From the NCBI GenBank assembly GCA_025201805.1, contig MU619277.1:3828-67827 (forward strand): a DNA stretch of 64,000 bases. Direction: 5' to 3'. Below, in pieces: positions 38,271 through 51,536 of this stretch. The translations under genes were made by a program, and so were the position numbers. This stretch comes from Parasitella parasitica NRRL 2501 (lineage: Eukaryota > Fungi > Mucoromycota). Numbering within the stretch: the stretch's first letter is position 1; every line of letters starts with the position of its first letter. The notes below the pieces were generated by a model. The model was not told the origin of the DNA. It saw only the letters and a program-made list of their open reading frames with translations, and did not search any database.

Positions 38271-39824
38271 ATGAATATTACAAGCCCTCTCATCAAGTTT
38301 GTCTCATTACAGGAGCACATTACCCAGCAGATATCAAATGCAGATACCCTCCATCAGCTTTATCATCTTAAAAGATTACTTGACGTGTGCGTCGGGTTAT
38401 ATACTTTTGATGTACTTGTTGGCTCATTTGCAGCATTTTTGGCCCTACATGAAGGAAACTATTTGTTTGCAGCAGTTGCTGTATTGCTTCGTCTTGGAAG
38501 GTTTAGATTGACTCGTCAATTGGTGGACACAGAATCAAACACTGGCAGCAATGACAACAGACATGAGGATGGCGATAACAACAAAGGAGAAGATGCTAGA
38601 TCAGCACCTCCTGTCATTGAGGAGCGTATGGGCCGAAATCGTGGTGCTAATAATCAAGGTGAAGCAAGCGAAAGTACTGGAGATCAAAATGAATACCTTA
38701 ATGAGGTTCGTAACGATGGTAAGGCTACTGGCAAAAGTAAGCATTTAACTGGTGGTTGGCGTCCTCTCATCAATGGTGACTACGTAGATGGGGAAAATGC
38801 TGCTCATAACAAACGAGAAACAGGCCCAAGTACTCAAGAACATCCAGATGGCGGTGCAGCCGCTTTTATCAATAATCATACTACTTTTGGAATTATAGGC
38901 CAAATCAATAGAAACGACGGTAAATGTCTTACTGATGCTGGTAATGATGATGTTGGCGGCAATGCCATTCCATCGCATGAGCGGCTGTCTCGATTTGATG
39001 CTAATGAAACTGATAATATGGGCTCTCATATAAGCGACGATTATAGCTGCCAAAGCAGCCCTGGAAATGCCGGCGAAAAGAGCAATGTGGCTTTTAGTAC
39101 AGAAAACTGCTGCAACAAAAGCAGTATTGCAACTAACGATACTGAGAACGAAAGTAACCCAAGATGTGATGATAAAGGCAGCAATTCCGATGACACAACC
39201 CAAGTCATTCATCCCTTAAAAACTCGAGACAAGGAAGCAATTAAACAGCAGGTGAGAAAAGTTGACTGCAAAGATAGACACGCTGCAGACGAGGGAAGCA
39301 AATATACTGAACAATCAGGAACCCCGTTCAAAAAACCTAAAAATAAAAGAAATTGTAAAAGAAGCAAAGGTAAGAAAGACAAGGAAGGAGACAATCAAGG
39401 CAATGACAGTAATAAAAATGCAGAAAAATACTACGAATACTTGCAACACAAAAGCAAAAAGGCAAATAAAGAAAACACTAGTTCTAGAAACAGTGTAGAT
39501 GGCGAATCTGATCTCGATACTGAGGAAAGCAACGTGGGCTCTCAAAACAACAGGAAGACATTTCCTACATTCAAATTCTCATCACTGAGTGAATCTCCTG
39601 GGAAAGCCTTGCATTCGCTTGGTATTCTTTCTAGAACTACAATTGTTACAAGTACGTTAGGCACCTATATTTCAACCGCTGGTATAATGAGCGCCACCTC
39701 TTTTGCATCTCAGTCTGGTGGAGATCAGGATATAAGTTGCAGAATGTCCCGTTTATTGGGCCCAGTGGCATCTTTAAGTAGCAACAAAAATGCATGCTCC
39801 TCAAGCGGCAGCCAACCTACATAG
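38271..39824 (+). CDS. Hypothetical orphan protein (frame open from 38076; first ATG 38271)
   Basis: 1.75 kb stop-free frame; short hydrophobic N-terminal region, then an Asn/Asp/Gly/Lys-rich polar body; no recognisable domain. Confidence 0.5.
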   Translation: MNITSPLIKFVSLQEHITQQISNADTLHQLYHLKRLLDVCVGLYTFDVLVGSFAAFLALHEGNYLFAAVAVLLRLGRFRLTRQLVDTESNTGSNDNRHEDGDNNKGEDARSAPPVIEERMGRNRGANNQGEASESTGDQNEYLNEVRNDGKATGKSKHLTGGWRPLINGDYVDGENAAHNKRETGPSTQEHPDGGAAAFINNHTTFGIIGQINRNDGKCLTDAGNDDVGGNAIPSHERLSRFDANETDNMGSHISDDYSCQSSPGNAGEKSNVAFSTENCCNKSSIATNDTENESNPRCDDKGSNSDDTTQVIHPLKTRDKEAIKQQVRKVDCKDRHAADEGSKYTEQSGTPFKKPKNKRNCKRSKGKKDKEGDNQGNDSNKNAEKYYEYLQHKSKKANKENTSSRNSVDGESDLDTEESNVGSQNNRKTFPTFKFSSLSESPGKALHSLGILSRTTIVTSTLGTYISTAGIMSATSFASQSGGDQDISCRMSRLLGPVASLSSNKNACSSSGSQPT

Positions 39825-42100
39825 GTCAATGAGTCTCCAATCGTCAAGCCGTTATCTTAAATTAATGCTTCCTCAAATACCTGAGCGTGTTAGGATAGCA
39901 TCTGCAGTTGGCTTACTGCCCATCGCATCATCACCAGAAGAGAGCTCTCCCCTAACTCGACGCATAAATTACTTGTAATCCAAAGGATAGCACTTTTCGT
40001 GTGGATTTTTACTACAAATTTCAAATAAAGAATGTATCTGGTTTCCACTTGGTTATCCCGTTAATGAGTGAGCATAATATACAAATCAAGCCTTCTTATT
40101 TCATAGCTCAAGCATTCTTTAATGTGATCTAGCGACTCGATTATGCAGAAATTTATCAAGCAAATCAAAAGTCATGAACTTTTGGGCACTGCAATGTTAG
40201 TTGGCTCACTGATAGCCTCACTCTTTTCCACCTTATTCCTTTTTCTTCTTTTTATTGTTGTGTTATACACATTACTACAATGAACAGCGGCACAGCTCAA
40301 ATGATCTCACGCAATGAAGCTTTATGCTATATCTATATGCTCGATTTCACGCCAAGTAATGTTAGAGTATGTAGAGAGGCTTTGGAGGCAGCCAAAGTAA
40401 GTGTCTGTTTCATAAGTGATCCTCGCTTCCCAATTCTGCTTCCCAACAAAACTCACCAAAAAGCAATTGAAGTCGGTTTGGTCAAACCATACCCTGAAAA
40501 CATTTTTAGATGTTGATATTTCTTCCAATATTATCAGTACAACCACAAAAAATGTCAACTATACACGCAAAAAAAAAAAAAAAAGGAATTGCCAATTACC
40601 TAAATGTCTCCACACAAACTTTCGGCTGCCTAATTGAATCACTGCCAAATAAAAGCTTGCTTTCTATACTGTTAATTTATCATATAGCTTTACTTCAAGT
40701 GGGAGGTGGCTTCTTGCTGGCTTGTTTGTAAAGTTACTAGAAAGCACTTTTACACATGTAATTTGCAGTCTGATGCTAGTTAATAGACGTGAAAAATGCT
40801 CGGGCCTGCTGCATGTACCTGTCTTTCATAATGGCTAAACAAATCCAATAATTCCAAACATAATTCCTGATTTTTACTTGTTTTTAACTTTGCACCACAT
40901 TGCTACGGCCAAGAAGAAGAGGCTGGCCGCAGTGGGAAGTATGAATCCATATTATTATAGCCAGCAACTTGACAATCATTCTATTTTGGACTCTTGGAGG
41001 CTATTTTTAGCGAATCATCTGGAAACCGCCTATAAAACACCCAAAAGGGATTATCTTTGCAAATTAACACTTCTATTGTCCTATCAATTTCTATATGATC
41101 CATGATCAGCGCAAATTACACAAATAAGCTCAAATCTTGGTGATTCAGTATTAGCCGCTTACTACTCACAGCTCGAAATTGATGAAAAGTAGTAAGCAAA
41201 TTCAGGGTCGAAACCCTTTCTTTTTCTGCTTTTGATTATTTCGATCACCTCCAGACACATATGCTTTATGGATTTGCATGCTGGACATTTTTATGCAAGT
41301 TTATTATTCTTTGCATATATTAGAGTTTCTGTCAGTTGATGATGATGTTATATTATCATTAAAGTTCACGTGGCCGAGGAATGAATATTCTTTAGCCCGT
41401 TTTGTCGACGATTTCATTGATGGGCAGGCTCAGAGCTTGCGTTTACTAAAGCAGACATTTTTCTTTCTTCCAGTCGTCATGATATTGGCGAAAAAAAAAA
41501 GACTCCAGCACAATGAATATAGATGCGACAGTCCGTTGGCCATTATACACGATAATACATGATATCAGAAGAAGACAGCGTCAAGGAGATGTGGTTTATA
41601 AATAGGATCCGTTCGGCACAGGCATTGTAATTGACAAGAGCGGCGGACACATGTACGAAAAAAAAAAAAAAAAAAAGGCTGCTGCTGCTTCTATTTTATT
41701 TGTGCATGCACATTATATAAATACTAATACCATAATTGTTTCAAGTTTAGGAAGAGGTACATGAACATGCATAAACACACATATGTGTAGACTGAACAGT
41801 GCACCGCTTACTAACCAAATGAAAATGGCACATCAGCCTAGCAAGGGTGTCAATTTTCATTATTCATGCAAAAAGTCCGGTATGTCTCAATACAGCTAAA
41901 ATGTGCTGTGTGGTGTGATTGACGGTCGTCGTAGGTGTGTTGTTGTTGTTGTTTGTGTGTTACATACTACGGCTTTTACCCCTTAGTTTTTAATGTCACG
42001 TTTTGATATTTAGGTTGATTATTGCAAGCAAAGAAACCTGGATCGTTTCCTTTTTCCCTTTTTCTTTCTTTATTCCACCTTCCACTGTTAGTATTACAAA

Positions 42101-43697
42101 ATGGCGCCCCCAGAGTCCATGACAGCTACAAACCCTCATCAGCGTGCCTACTCTGTAATGGCAGTGCCAAGCGAATTGGACCAGCATCGACACAGTAAGC
42201 ACCGACACCACACAGCAAGCGCCAAGAACGATTCAATATGGTACCAGGAGGTGTACAAAAAGTACGGCTACGATCCCAAGCTCAAGAGCCCATCGTACTT
42301 TGGCCCATATTTGCTGCTGCAGACGCTTGGAGAGGGTGAGTTTGCTAAAGTCAAGGCCGGAGTTCATGTGCAAACAAATCAAGAGGTAAATACCATTACA
42401 CAAGGCACCGTATACATGTACCACACAGAAATACCTAAACCCCTTGAACTGGTTCCTGTAGGTAGCCATCAAACTAATGAGAAAAGACCACATCAAAATG
42501 GCATCATTGGAAACCAAGCTTGAAAGAGAAATATCAGTCTTACAGGTGAGTGTGTCTAGCTGCTGCGCATGTGCAACAAAACGCTGACTAGCAACATGCA
42601 GAGCGTCGACCATCCTTACATTGTTAAATTGTTTGAAGTATTAACAATTAAGAATTACATTGGAATTGTATTACAACGTGCAGCAGGTAATACAAAAAAA
42701 ATTTAAAAAAAAATAAAAAAAAAATAGCATGATTTATTCACTCAAGTTTGGCACTGTTGCATTAGGCGGCGAATTATTCGACTACATTTTAAAGCATCAT
42801 TTCTTGCAGGAGACTGAAGCCAAGAGATTGTTTGCACAGTTGATAAGTGGGGTTGACTATATGCACCAAAAGCACATTGTACACCGAGATCTCAAATTGG
42901 AAAACCTGCTGCTGAGCAAGGACCGCGACATAATAATTACAGATTTTGGATTTGCAAATCGATTTCAGGTAGCCGAGCAAGATTTGATGGCGACGTCGTG
43001 TGGATCTCCCTGTTACGCAGCGCCTGAATTGGTGATCAACGACGAGAGTCAGTATGTAGGTACAGCTGTTGATATTTGGTCATGTGGCGTGATTTTGTTT
43101 GCCATGCTGTGCGGCTACCTGCCCTTTGACGATGATCCAACGAATCCTCAGGGCGCCAATATTAATGTGTTGTACAAATATATTGTCAGTACGCGACTTG
43201 AAATACCAAACTCGATGAGCATAGACGCAACTCATCTACTTCGACGTATGCTTGTGCCAGACCCAGCAAAGAGGTGCACAATGGACGAAATAAAAAGACA
43301 TCCGTGGTTGACTGAGCACCAGCACTTGTTTTCTTTGCAAGATCACATGACCTCGGATTCTCGGCTGCCAACACCCGCTGTTCAAGACGATAGCACTACT
43401 ATTCTACCTTTGAGTGAACCGGAACCGGAATCTCGGAAAGTGGCAGAAACCCAAACTGCTCAGAAATCATCATCATCGTCATCACCACCACCAACCCCTA
43501 AATCGTCCAATTCATCCACATCAACAGCATCCACATCCTCATCATCTGTCATCAATACAACCACAACTGCTAATACTACACAGCCATCATTACCCGCTGC
43601 TTCCACTACCGCCACCACCACCACAGCCACTTCATTTCTCCAAGCTAAATTCATTTCCACATTACAACAACAACAGCATCAACAACAACAACAACAA

Positions 43698-43753
<56 letters not shown>

Positions 43754-45074
43754 GCAACAGCAACAGCAACAACAGCAACAGCAACAACAGCAACAACAGC
43801 AACAACAGCGGCAGCAACAACAGCAACGACAATCACTACAACAACAAATACAGCAACAACAACCACAGCAACAACAACCACTACCATCACCACCATCATC
43901 CAGAAAATCTTATCAGCAACCCATCTTTGTTAACGACAAGATACCCAATAGATCTGTTAGCGTTCAACCACAACTCCAGCAAAAATACAGCAAGAGAGAT
44001 AGAACAACAAGCGAATGTCACGGCCAGAAAAAACACCACTCACTCCAGGTCCTGCCATCTGTCTCTGAGCAGCCTACTATCCACGACGACATATCGTTTA
44101 GCGATAGGGCCAAACTAAAGGGCCAGAAATTCATGGAATGGTTTACGAAGCGTAGTAAATCACAAAGTATGTATATATATATATGCATAAAATACATAAA
44201 CTCGCAAAACTCTAATCACCATTCATCTGTAAAATCACATCATTTAGGTACCAAATTTCCTTCACTGTCAGCAGCCAGTCAGAACAAGGTGCCTGAAAAG
44301 CAGCCTCAGCGACCTATCAGTGCCTTGCCCAATCCAATCAGAGCCATGCCGATTGGTAAGCCATTTGGGTCCTATGCAGCAGACTTTAATGACTCAAAGC
44401 TGAGGTTACACCGAGGAGCAGTAGATCAAGATGCGCTCACATCCAAAGCGCCCAATGAAGTGTTGCTCAAGGTGAAAGAATGTCTAACGATAATGGGAAT
44501 CGATATGAAAAAATGCCATGATTTCAAGATCAAATGCGTTAGACCTGCCCGTCGTCGACCTGAAAAAGTAGCAGCATCAGTGCCAGCTACCACTACTGCT
44601 ACGGCTGCTGGAGGAGCAGGAGCAGCCACTGGTGCTGGCACACGCACAAGAAAGAACACCACCACTATCCCATTCAAATTATTCTTCAACAGCAGCAGTA
44701 ATAGCAACAACCACAATATCCCTAAAACAACAGCGACCACATCAACCACCAACATCATTTACGGTGAGCAAGGCATTGATAATGGAGAGCAAGTCCAGTT
44801 CAACGTCGAACTGTCCAAGATTGAAAACTTGCCTGGCTTATACGTCGTGGACATCAAGCGAACTCGAGGCAACATTTGGGCATTCAAGTTTCTGTATCAT
44901 ACGCTGCTCGAGCTGCTTGATCTCAGCGGCCAAGGGGGTCTTGGATACATGGCACATCGACGTATCTCGAGCGAAAAGATGCACGACACAGTCAAGGATC
45001 GCAAAAGCTACATGACGACCAGCAGCAGTAGCAGCGGCAGCAGCAGCGTCTACTCTTCTGTCCACAAAAGCTAG
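42101..45074 (+). CDS. CAMK-group Ser/Thr kinase (Kin4/Kin1-like) with polyQ linker and C-terminal KA1-like domain, multi-exon
   Basis: LLQTLGEGEFAKVK, HRDLKLEN, ITDFGFAN, TSCGSPCYAAPE; C-terminal LRLHRGAVD...VDIKRTRGNIWAFKFLY. Confidence 0.93.
43664..43876 (+). repeat. CAA/CAG repeat encoding polyglutamine (36 consecutive Gln at 43701-43808)
   Basis: Direct codon count. Confidence 0.95.
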
Positions 45075-45451
45075 TGGCGGTATATAGTGTAAAGAGATAC
45101 AACAGATATACCCTTCTGATTTCATCCAATAGTAAGCCCTCCCCACATTACATTTGATGAGATTTCCAATGTCTATAAAAATAAAAACGGAGATATAACG
45201 AACCAATGACAAGGAGGAGAAATTGTGTGCTAGAAGACGCAATGTTCGCAAAGAAGGCAAAATCCATACAAATCCATCAATTATATACCACTGAACCGGG
45301 GGTGGGATCAGTATTTAAGTAAATAAAAAAGAAAAAGGGAATTTGCTTTTTTTTTTTTGACTGATTATATTACCGTATCCTATTCTTTTTTTTTTTTTTT
45401 TTTTTGTGCGTGTGTGTTGTACATATATCTTCCCCCTTCTCTATCTCAAAC

Positions 45452-45550
45452 ATGCAACATAAAACCCAACTTTTGAATGGAGAAGCAGCTTCCATCCAGG
45501 CGTCTCAATTACTGAGCCAGCATATCTACACCTACAAAACCATCGAGTCC

Positions 45551-45585
<35 letters not shown>

Positions 45586-46027
45586 TATTAGCATTTGGGG
45601 CAAATCAGCCGCCCACACCGTGTACACGCAGCAGGACATCACTAGCCGTCTGCAGCATGGCGTTCACTCTGCAGCACTCGTCTCTTCTGATTCATTGATT
45701 TCGGCCATTCCCCAGCTATACAAGCTGGCGGCGGAAAAATCAGGTGTTGTGCTCCATGTCTCTGCAAAGCACGGCGACTCTTTGAGCTTTGCTGATTTCT
45801 CCAATGTCATGGCTGTGCGTCAGAGCGGGTTGACGCTCCTCAGCTCATCCACTGTCCAGGAAGCGCATGATTTGGCCGTCATTGCCCACGTCGTCGCCAT
45901 CAAGACAAATACGCCGGTTTTGCATTTTTTCGACTCCAAGCGTATTGCGGACGAATACACATCCGTCGACCTGGTTACCATTGACATTTTGAATCAATTG
46001 ATCTCTGCCGAGGATATCGACAATTAC

Positions 46028-46059
<32 letters not shown>

Positions 46060-49000
46060 GCAATCAGCCTATCTTCAGTACAAGCAACAAAAAGACGACG
46101 GAAAGGATGTGGATGTGTATGCTGTGGTCCAAGAAGCTATGACACAATTTGCCGGCTTGACTGGCCGCCATTACGCACCACTCGAGTTTATTGGCCATCC
46201 TGAAGCTGAAAATGTGATTATCGCTATGGGTGCCGGCGCCACAGTTGTCGAAAAGACTGTAAATGCCCTCGGTAAAGATGCCAAATTGGGCCTCTTGAAA
46301 GTTAGATTATACAGGCCTTGGTCAGACACTGATTTTTTGGCCGCTTTACCAAGTGCCACCATCAAGCGTGTCGCTGTGTTGGAGCCCTCTCATGACTACA
46401 CTTGTACCTGGAATCCTCTCTTTCTGGACGTCGCTGCTGCTTACCAAACTGCCCAAGACGATGATGTAGAGATCGTTAGTGGTCAGTATGGCGTCAAGGA
46501 CCAAGATTTCTCACCTGCCCAAGTAGAGGCCGTCTTTAGCGAGTTGAGCAAGGCGGATTTTCAACGCAAATTCGAGGTTGCTTCTTTGAAGGCCACTGGA
46601 CAAGTGAAGGCCGTCTCTGAGGAGACCGAACAATTCTTGATTGTGGGCGACGAAACTTTAGCATTAAACTACGCTCAAGCTGCTATCTCTGCTGGCAAAT
46701 TTGCCCAGGTTTACACGGTCGACCAAGTCTCACACATCCGTGTTTCTGCTGCGGCAGGCTCTATTTTGCCTTCGCTTGTTTCTGAGGCCAAGGCTGTTGT
46801 GCTTCAGAACGCTTCCATTGATGCTGCAGATGCTGTCAAGGCTCTTGTCAAGGGCGGTGTTGTTGCAGTCCACGGCGCTGTTGTTTCTGAGGGTCTGGAT
46901 GCTGCTTTGACTGAGGCCACCAGACGCGCTATTGGCGTCGCTCACGCCAAGGTTGTTCAGTTGACCAATGCTCAAGACCTTGTCTCTTCTGGTCTTGCCA
47001 GTGTCTTGTCCAAGGCTGAAACTGTCACCACTCCTTCTGGTTGGGATCAATTGACCAACTCTTCTGCCACTGCCACTGCCACTGCCACTGCTACTGCTGA
47101 TAAGGCTCTTGCTGTCGAGACTCCTTACTTGAAGATGCTCGACCAAGTCTTCCAAGACCGTCTCGAAATTGCCAATGCTGTCAACAGTGCCTCTATTTGG
47201 TCTCGTGATGAACAAAACCAAGCTGCCTCTGCTCCTGAATTTGGTTATGGCAAGATCCTCAACAAGATCCAGCAGCGTGCCCGTTTCATCGATGCCGTCG
47301 AGATTCTGGTCAAGGAAAACAAGGTTTCTGAAGAAGCATACAAGACCTTGTCTCAATGGCTCTTGGTCGTCAAGTCCTCCAAGTCTGATGCCAAGGCTAT
47401 CAACAGGGCTGCTGAAGCTGTCGTCTCTGCCATTGCCAATGTCTCTGCTGCTGAATACGTGTCTCAGAACAAGGATCTCCTGTTCCAAAAGTCCAACTGG
47501 TTGATTGGCTCTGATACTTGGGCCTATGACCTCGGTCAGTCAGGCGTGCACCATGTCATTGCTCAAGGCGAAAATGTCAATATGCTGATTGTTGATACCC
47601 TGCCTTATTCTAGTGAGTTGGCTCGTGAGCAGCGCAAGAAGGACATTGGCCTCTACGCCATGAACTTTGGCAGTGCGTATGTTGCCTCAGTTGCTGTCTA
47701 CTCTAGTTACACGGGTGTCTTGCATGCTCTGATGGAGGCTGATGCTTACCAAGGTCCCTCGATTGTGCTGGCCTACCTGCCTCAGGAACCTGTCGCTACT
47801 GGCAGCGATGCTCCTAACCCTGTCTTCACTATGAAGGAAACCAAAGTCTCTGTTGACAACGGCGCATGGCCTCTGTATCGCTGGAACCCTACCTTGGATG
47901 TCCAAGGCAAGGAGGCTTTCTCTCTGGATTCTCAACGCATCAAGAAGGATCTCGAAAAGTTCTTGGAGCGTGAAAACCACTTTTCTCAGATTGTTGCCCA
48001 GCATCCTGATATCTCTCAACTGCTTGTTAGCTCATTAGAGAATGTAAGTATTTCAACTGTCGAGAGATTTTATATAGTGACATGTGGGCTAACCTATTTC
48101 TATTTAGGATGTTGAAAAGAGACACAGTGAATTGAAGCGCAAGGCTCGTGAAGATTTTGCCAAATTGTTGTCTGGTATGGGTGCTGCGAACGGACCTCCT
48201 CTCACTGTTCTTTTCGGTTCTGATAACGGCAATGCTGAGGGTGTCGCCAAGAAGATTGCCAACCGTGCCAAGTCTAGAGGGCTTCAGGTCAAGTTGATGG
48301 CTATGGATGACTATGAAGATGTTCAAGAGCTCGCCAATGAAAGCAACGTTGTTTTCATCATCTCTACTGCTGGCCAAGGTGAATTACCCTCCAACGGTCG
48401 CGAGCTGTGGAAGGCTTTGAATGGCTTGATTGTGGGTGATGCTGATTTCAGTCAATTGAACTTTGCCGTCTTTGGTATGGGTGATAGCCACTACTGGCCC
48501 CGCCCAGAAGATGCCATGTTCTACAACCGTCCTGGCAAGCTCATTGATGCCAAGCTTGAGACTTTGGGCGCCAATCGCCTCGTCGAAATTGGTTTGGGTG
48601 ATGATCAAGACGCTGATGGCTTTGAAACTGCTTTGGCTGCCTGGCAACCCGAGTTTTGGAAGTCTCTTGGTGTCAAGGATGTCGGTGCTGAAGACGACGA
48701 GCCCAAGTTGACTGATGACCAAATGAAGATCAACTCCAACTATCTGCGTGGTACCATTGCTGAAGACCTCTTGGATGAATCTACCGGCGCTATCAACGAA
48801 ATCAACGGCAAATTGCTAAAGTTCCATGGTTCTTATGGTCAAGACGATCGTGACATCAGAGAGGAGCGCAAGAAGATGGGTCTTGAAAAGGCGTTCAGCT
48901 TCATGATTCGTGTCCGCATGCCTGGTGGTGTCTCTACTCCCGAGCAATGGCTTGTTATGGATGAACTGGCTGATACTTATGCTAACGGCGCCATCAAGTT

Positions 49001-50387
49001 GACCACTCGTCAGGCTTTCCAGCTTCACGGTATCTTGAAAAAGAATCTTCGCTCTACTATCCGTGGCATTAATCATTCCCTGCTCTCTACCCTTGCTGCC
49101 TGTGGTGATGTCAATCGTAACATCATGATCACTCCTGTCACTGAGATTCCCGAAGTCCATGCCCAAGTCCAAGAGTTTGGTACGGTACTCATGGAGCACT
49201 TGGCTCCCAAGACTACCGCCTACCATGAAATCTGGTTAGCTGACGAACAAGTTGCTGGCAATGCTGTTCAAGACTTTGAGCCCATCTACGGCCCTACTTA
49301 CCTGCCTCGTAAATTCAAGATTGTCATTGCCGTCCCTCCCAACAACGATGTCGACATCTTTGCGCATGATTTGGGCTACATTGCCATTGTTGATGAGAGC
49401 AAAAAGGTCATTGGCTACAACGTTACTATCGGCGGTGGTATGGGTATGACTCATGGCAACAAAAAGACTTATCCTCGTCCTGCTAATGTGGTGGGTTACG
49501 TCCCTGCTGAACTGGCTGTCGCCTGTGGTGAAGCTGTCATGACAACACAAAGAGACTACGGTGATCGCACCAACCGCAAGCATGCTCGTTTCAAGTACAC
49601 CATTGACACTCATGGGCTGGACTTTATCAAGAATGAGATCGAGACTCGTATGGGCACCAAGTTCGAGGAAGCCAAGCCTTATGTATTCACCGACAATGCT
49701 GATCGCTACGGTTGGACCAAGGGCGATGATGACAAATGGCACTTTTGCATGTTTATCGAGAACGGCAAGATCAAGGACTGGCCTGACTTCCAACCCAAGA
49801 CCGGTCTTAAGGAGCTTGCTAAATGGCACAAGGGTGAATTCCGTCTCTCTCCTAATCAACATCTTGTCATTGCTAACGTCCCCGAGGCTGATTTGGAAAA
49901 GACCAAGGCTCTCTTGGCTAAATACAAGATGGACAACCTGTCGTTCACCGGTCTTCGTTTGAATGCTATGGCTTGTGTTGCCTTGCCGACGTGTGGTCTT
50001 GCCATGGCCGAATCCGAGCGCTACTTGCCTACCTTGGTCGGCCATCTTGAAAACGCTATTGAAGCTGCTGGTCTCAAGGATGATGCCATCACTATTCGTA
50101 TGACTGGCTGTCCTAATGGTTGTGCTCGACCTTACCTTGCTGAAATTGCGTTTGTTGGAAAGGCCCCCAGTACATACAATGTCTACCTTGGTGGTGGCCA
50201 CCAAGGCCAACGCTTGAACAAATTATACAAGGAAAGTTTACGTGAAGAAGAGATCTTGCAAGAAATCAATCCCATCATCAAGCGTTATGCTTTGGAACGC
50301 CTCTCTGGCGAACCATTTGGCGATTTTGTCATTCGTGCTGGATACGTCAAGGAAACCATCACCGGCACAGACTTCCATGAGCTTTAA
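45452..50387 (+). CDS. MET5: Sulfite reductase (NADPH) beta subunit: PFOR-like N-terminus, flavodoxin, siroheme/4Fe-4S domain; intron 48044-48107
   Basis: VRLYRPWS, LFGSDNGNAE, STAGQGE, KFHGSYGQDDRD, ACGDVNRN, ACVALPTCGLA, MTGCPNGC. Confidence 0.97.
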
Positions 50388-50728
50388 GACACAACAAACC
50401 CATTTATATTTATTTCGTTTCAATATGTATTATAATAAAATACCAAAAATTACTAATTGTTCTAGACAAAATGCATGTATTATTTTCCCAAATGATTGAT
50501 TTAGCATTTGACTTTAACAATATGAATCTTTTGCTGGCCTTCTTTATTATTTGCCAGGATTCAAGTCAAAATAACCCAGTGTAACATTAGGACTAATTTG
50601 TATTGTAGAACAAAGAGGAGGTGGGGGGGGGGGGAACAGAGAACTTGAAAAGATTCAGGAGGATGCCCATTGTTGCAACGACTACCCTTCTTTTCTTTCT
50701 TTTTCATTTATCACTGTAGACTCTCGCA

Positions 50729-51536
50729 ATGTCGCTTCCTACGTCAATGGCTGATAACAACAACTACAATCTGCCTACTACGACACTGCATCCATTTGGC
50801 GTCATGAAAAACAGTAGCAGTGATGTCTCTAGATTTACAGAAAGAGAGCCGCTCATCACCCCACCACCGACGGTTTGGACACGCTTCAATGCGAGGTTTA
50901 AATTTGGCCGAGCCATCCTCTTGGGCTCTGGTGCACTAGGCATGTTTACGCTCATGCTGATTGTGCTAGGAACTTTGGGCGTGTTCAAAAACCAGAGATA
51001 TAGGAACGAAGTGGGCATCTCTATCGGCAAATCTAAATACAAAGGCGATAGTAGAGGGTCTTGGGCAAACAATGATATAAGCGGCGAAGGCGATGGCACC
51101 TACTACGATCCAGGTGTCGGGTTAACAGCATGTGGTACCTCTTTCACTGCTTCTGATTATGTTGTTGCCATGGTACATAAGTGTTAGACACACCGAGTAG
51201 TTAAAAAAAAACAAAGATCAGTCTGCTAATGTTACATTTTGATTGTGTTGAATAGAATGCGTTTGATTTTGGTGAATCAGACAATCCTAATGAAAGCCCA
51301 GTTTGCGGTGCTTGTATTATAGTAACAGGCCCTAAAGGAAGCCAAAAAGCTCAAATCCAAGATATTGTAAGACTTTGTGCACAAAAAAAAAAGAGACAAT
51401 CTCTAACACATGTATGGCATTATAGTGCCCGTCTACAGGCTGTGGAAGAGGATCAGTTGATTTGACACCAGCTGTGTTTAACAACATTGGCGATTTTGCG
51501 GATGGAAGAATTCCAGTTAGTTGGAAAACTTGTTGA
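50729..51536 (+). CDS. Membrane-anchored RlpA/expansin-like (DPBB) protein, 3 exons
   Basis: TM segment, then GDGTYYDPGVGLTACG...VVAM|NAFDF...PVCGACI...IQDI|CPSTGCGRGSVDLTPAVF...GRIPVSW. Confidence 0.88.

Noticed and set aside
43414-44118. Poly-Asn and poly-Val ORFs overlapping the kinase
   Set aside because: Alternate-frame and antisense readings of the CAA repeat.
46730-50210. Long antisense ORFs (252 and 324 aa) opposite MET5; similar ones opposite the histones, NOP1 and PCM1
   Set aside because: Expected shadows of strong codon bias in highly expressed genes.
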